Shown here: in pieces, positions 61,599 through 64,000 of the stretch
Position numbering within the stretch: the first letter of the stretch is position 1
How the letters are laid out: each line of letters begins with the position of its first letter
Assembly: GCF_009834535.1 (NCBI RefSeq)
Contig: NC_045696.1
Location: forward strand, 60,328,001-60,392,000
Direction of reading: 5' to 3'
Source of the DNA: Camelus ferus
Taxonomy: Eukaryota
Length of the DNA: 64,000 nucleotides
The notes under the pieces: generated by a model
What the model was told of the DNA's origin: nothing
What the model saw: the letters and a program-made list of their open reading frames with translations, nothing else
Database searches by the model: none
Program-made: the position numbers and the translations under genes

Positions 61599-62680
61599 TG
61601 TGATATCATAGAAAATATATACGGCCATCCCTCAGTATCCACAGGGGATTAATTCTAGGGCTGGCCACGGATACCAAACTCTGCAGATGCTAAAGTCTCG
61701 AAGTCAGCCATCCCTTCCACGGTTCTGCATCCATGCATTCAGCCAAACACAGACCATGTAGTACTATAGTATTTATTTTAAAAATCCACGTTTAAGTAAA
61801 CCATACAGTTCAAACCCATGTTGTTCAAGGGTCCACTGTATATTGGTCTCTTTACCTGGTTCCTGGCACAGAGCTCCTGAAACCTTGTCATTTCCTAGGT
61901 GATAAGAGCCCTAGGAGCATCTCTTGTTCTAACTGGATGGGAGCTGGTCACCAGAAAGACCAAACTATGATTAGAAGCTTGGAATTTTCACCACCGCCGC
62001 TACCAACACCGCAGCCACTGCCGCCACAACCACCACCACCACCACCACACACACTTCTCTAGAGAGGGGAGAGGGACTAGAAATGGAGTTAATAATTGAT
62101 CACGTGTGATGAAGCCTCCATAAAACTCCCAAAAAGTATGGGGTTTGGAAAGCTTCCAGGTAAGTGAACATATCCAGGTACCAGGAGGGTGATACACCCC
62201 AACTCAACAGGGACAGAAGCTCCTGCTCTTGGGACCCTCACAGATTTTGCTCTACATAACTCTTCATCTGGCTGTTCATCTATACCTTTTATCATGTGCT
62301 TTAATAAGCTAGTAAATATAAGCAGGTGTTTCCCCAAGTTCTGTGAGCTGCTCTAGCAAATTAATCAAATCTAAGGAGGGGGACATGGGAACCCCTGATT
62401 CACAGCCAATCTGTCAGAAGCACAGGTGACCACCTGGACTTGTGACTTGCATCCAAAATGAGTGGGGGCAGCCTTATGGGACTGAGCCTTTAACCTGTGG
62501 GATCTGATGCTATCTCCAGCTACATGGTGTCAGAACTGAGTTAAATTGTAGGACACTCAGCTGGTATCACAGAATTTTGTGGTGTGAGGATAAACCACAC
62601 ATCTGGTGACCAGAAGAGTCAGAAGTGAGGTGTTTGGTGTGGAAGTAAGGGGAAAGTTGAGAAGAGAACTGTAGGTTTTT
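61599..62680 (+). mobile_element. MER21-like LTR with an internal Tigger MITE
   Basis: TGTGATATCATAGAAAATATA[insert]TATTGGTCTC...TTCCTGGCACAGAGCTCCTGAAACC...GAACTGAGTTAAATTGTAGGACACTCAGCTGGT. 3' end approximate. Confidence 0.82.
61622..61838. mobile_element. Tigger2-family non-autonomous DNA transposon (MER8-like)
   Basis: Flanked by TA at 61620-61621 and 61839-61840. Ends CGGCCATCCCTCAGTATCC... and ...TTCAAACCCATGTTGTTCAAGGGTCCACTG. Confidence 0.82.
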
Positions 62681-63062
62681 ACACCTCCCTCTCCCTCTCT
62701 GGGGGGCACCAGATGAGTGGGAGGATCCCAGGGAAGCTGGAGAGGGTCCTACACTGGGGGCAAACTTGCCATCCATCTGCTCTCTCTGACCTGCCTCTAG
62801 TCCCTCCCACAATGTGCCCTGACTTCTGTGCTCATATTTCTGTAGTTAAACCCATGGTGAGGCCTCTGTCTGAGACCCCAGTTCTCAGGATTCTCATTTA
62901 AAATGCAACACTAGTTACTCAACATGCTTGGTCATGCATCATGCTTCTGGAGCATTTGTGCTTCAGGAATCCGTCAACTGTACCATGGAATGCCCAAGGG
63001 TGACAGAGCTTTCCCCATCACAGGCCCCCAGGAGGCTCCAGGGCCACCAGCCCATCACTCAC

Positions 63063-63209
63063 CACCAGCCAGCCTGTCCTCAAGAAGAGAACCACCCCAA
63101 AAATGTTGATCATGCAGGACGTGAACACACCATCCCAGGTCCCGAACAGCACTGGCTCCCACATGAACAGCTGGATCTTCCACCAGGGCTGGGGCTGGGC
63201 CAGGGCCTC
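63063..63209 (-). CDS. SLC12A8: SLC12A8 internal coding exon (147 bp, phase 0/0): [49 protein letters not shown] (includes TM1)
   Basis: Translation carries the CCC-family TM1 motif [21 protein letters not shown] and matches recalled SLC12A8. Acceptor ttttccag|GAG (AG at 63211-63210); donor GTG|gtgagt (GT at 63062-63061). Confidence 0.97.
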
Positions 63210-63364
63210 CTGGAAAACAGGGCACATGGAAGTCAGCTCAGCAGCCATGGGAAGGGCCAGTGACAGGGGGCACCGGGAGCTGGGAGAACTCAGCTGTAAA
63301 ACACTCTCGTCTCACTGTGCCCACAGGCCTGTGCACACACTGATTCCCATGCCCGTGTGCAGCG

Positions 63365-63727
63365 CAGACTAGTTGTTCGGCCCACTCGGTCCCTTTCCTC
63401 CTGGCCCCTTGGAGACTACATTTCCCAGCATCTTTACAGGTGGGCGTGGCCACATGACTGAGGTCCGGCCCCTGGATCGTGGGTGAGAGTGAGATGCTGG
63501 GCTCCAGCTCCGTGGCCATGCGCTCTGCCATCTTGCCTTTCAGTCTTCTGGTCCTGGTGGGAACAGCAGCTTCCAACAGTTACTGATCTTTGGGAAACCT
63601 TCCTTTACTTAGCTGTTTGCTCCCCTGGCCCTTCTAACACTTCTGTAAGGAATTCTGTGCACTGAATTCCCTCTGTTTAAAATACCTAGGGCAGTTTCCA
63701 TTTTCCTCATGGAACCCTGGCTGATAG
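63365..63727 (+). mobile_element. Old ERVL-type LTR (LTR33/LTR16-like)
   Basis: GACTACATTTCCCAGC...GGCCACATGACTGAG and terminal AAATACCTAG.GCAGTTTCC...GAACCCTGGCTGATA. Confidence 0.6.
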
Positions 63728-64000
63728 GGTGACCCCTAGCACCCTTACATCCATACCCCAGTATCCCCATGCATCATCTGGCGGTTGCCTAGAATTAAAG
63801 GCTAATAAGTGATGACACAGATGCCTTCCTCATTCTTCCAATTCAAAATAATAAAGGCACTTACAGAACACTCATACAGAAACTCTTTACTAAGAAGACT
63901 TAACCTTGTGGAAATACTAAAGTACTAAACTTAAAAGAAGTACCACCCATCTGGAACCTGCTCCTGCACAGGTTTAGTAACTGATCAAAATTCAGACATC

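Noticed and set aside
63413..63430. ZNF143-like motif GACTACATTTCCCAG
   Set aside because: Appears to be part of an old LTR, with no promoter context.
1..64000. CRISPR arrays, prokaryotic systems, rRNA genes or an intact retroviral/transposase ORF
   Set aside because: None seen. The window is mammalian intronic DNA with only decayed or non-autonomous elements.

Overview
Mammalian genomic DNA, almost certainly camelid (alpaca/llama/camel), judged from four tRNA-derived Vic-1-type SINEs. The whole window lies inside the SLC12A8 (CCC9, cation-chloride cotransporter family) gene on the minus strand. Four internal coding exons with GT-AG boundaries and matching phases are present (63209-63063, 58635-58444, 51858-51627, 10903-10790). 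The start-codon exon and downstream exons lie outside the window. A 40.7-kb intron (10904-51626) dominates. The rest is interspersed repeats: L1, L2, MIR, MaLR/ERVL/MER21 LTRs, hAT and Tigger MITEs, and microsatellites. The other listed ORFs look like chance ORFs. I cannot demonstrate a new biological system. The best leads are: (1) a candidate internal promoter/alternative first exon at ~24.7-24.96 kb, overlapping what appears to be a one-armed counterpart of human MIR5092; (2) one exon that is very CpG/GC-rich and encodes a proline where the family usually has Thr in TM2; (3) an L1 with a swapped, old-type 3' tail, seen twice and bounded once by a target-site duplication; (4) a candidate retrocopied 3'UTR. 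Repeat subfamily names and human comparisons come from recalled consensus sequences and need checking. Repeat boundaries without TSDs are approximate.
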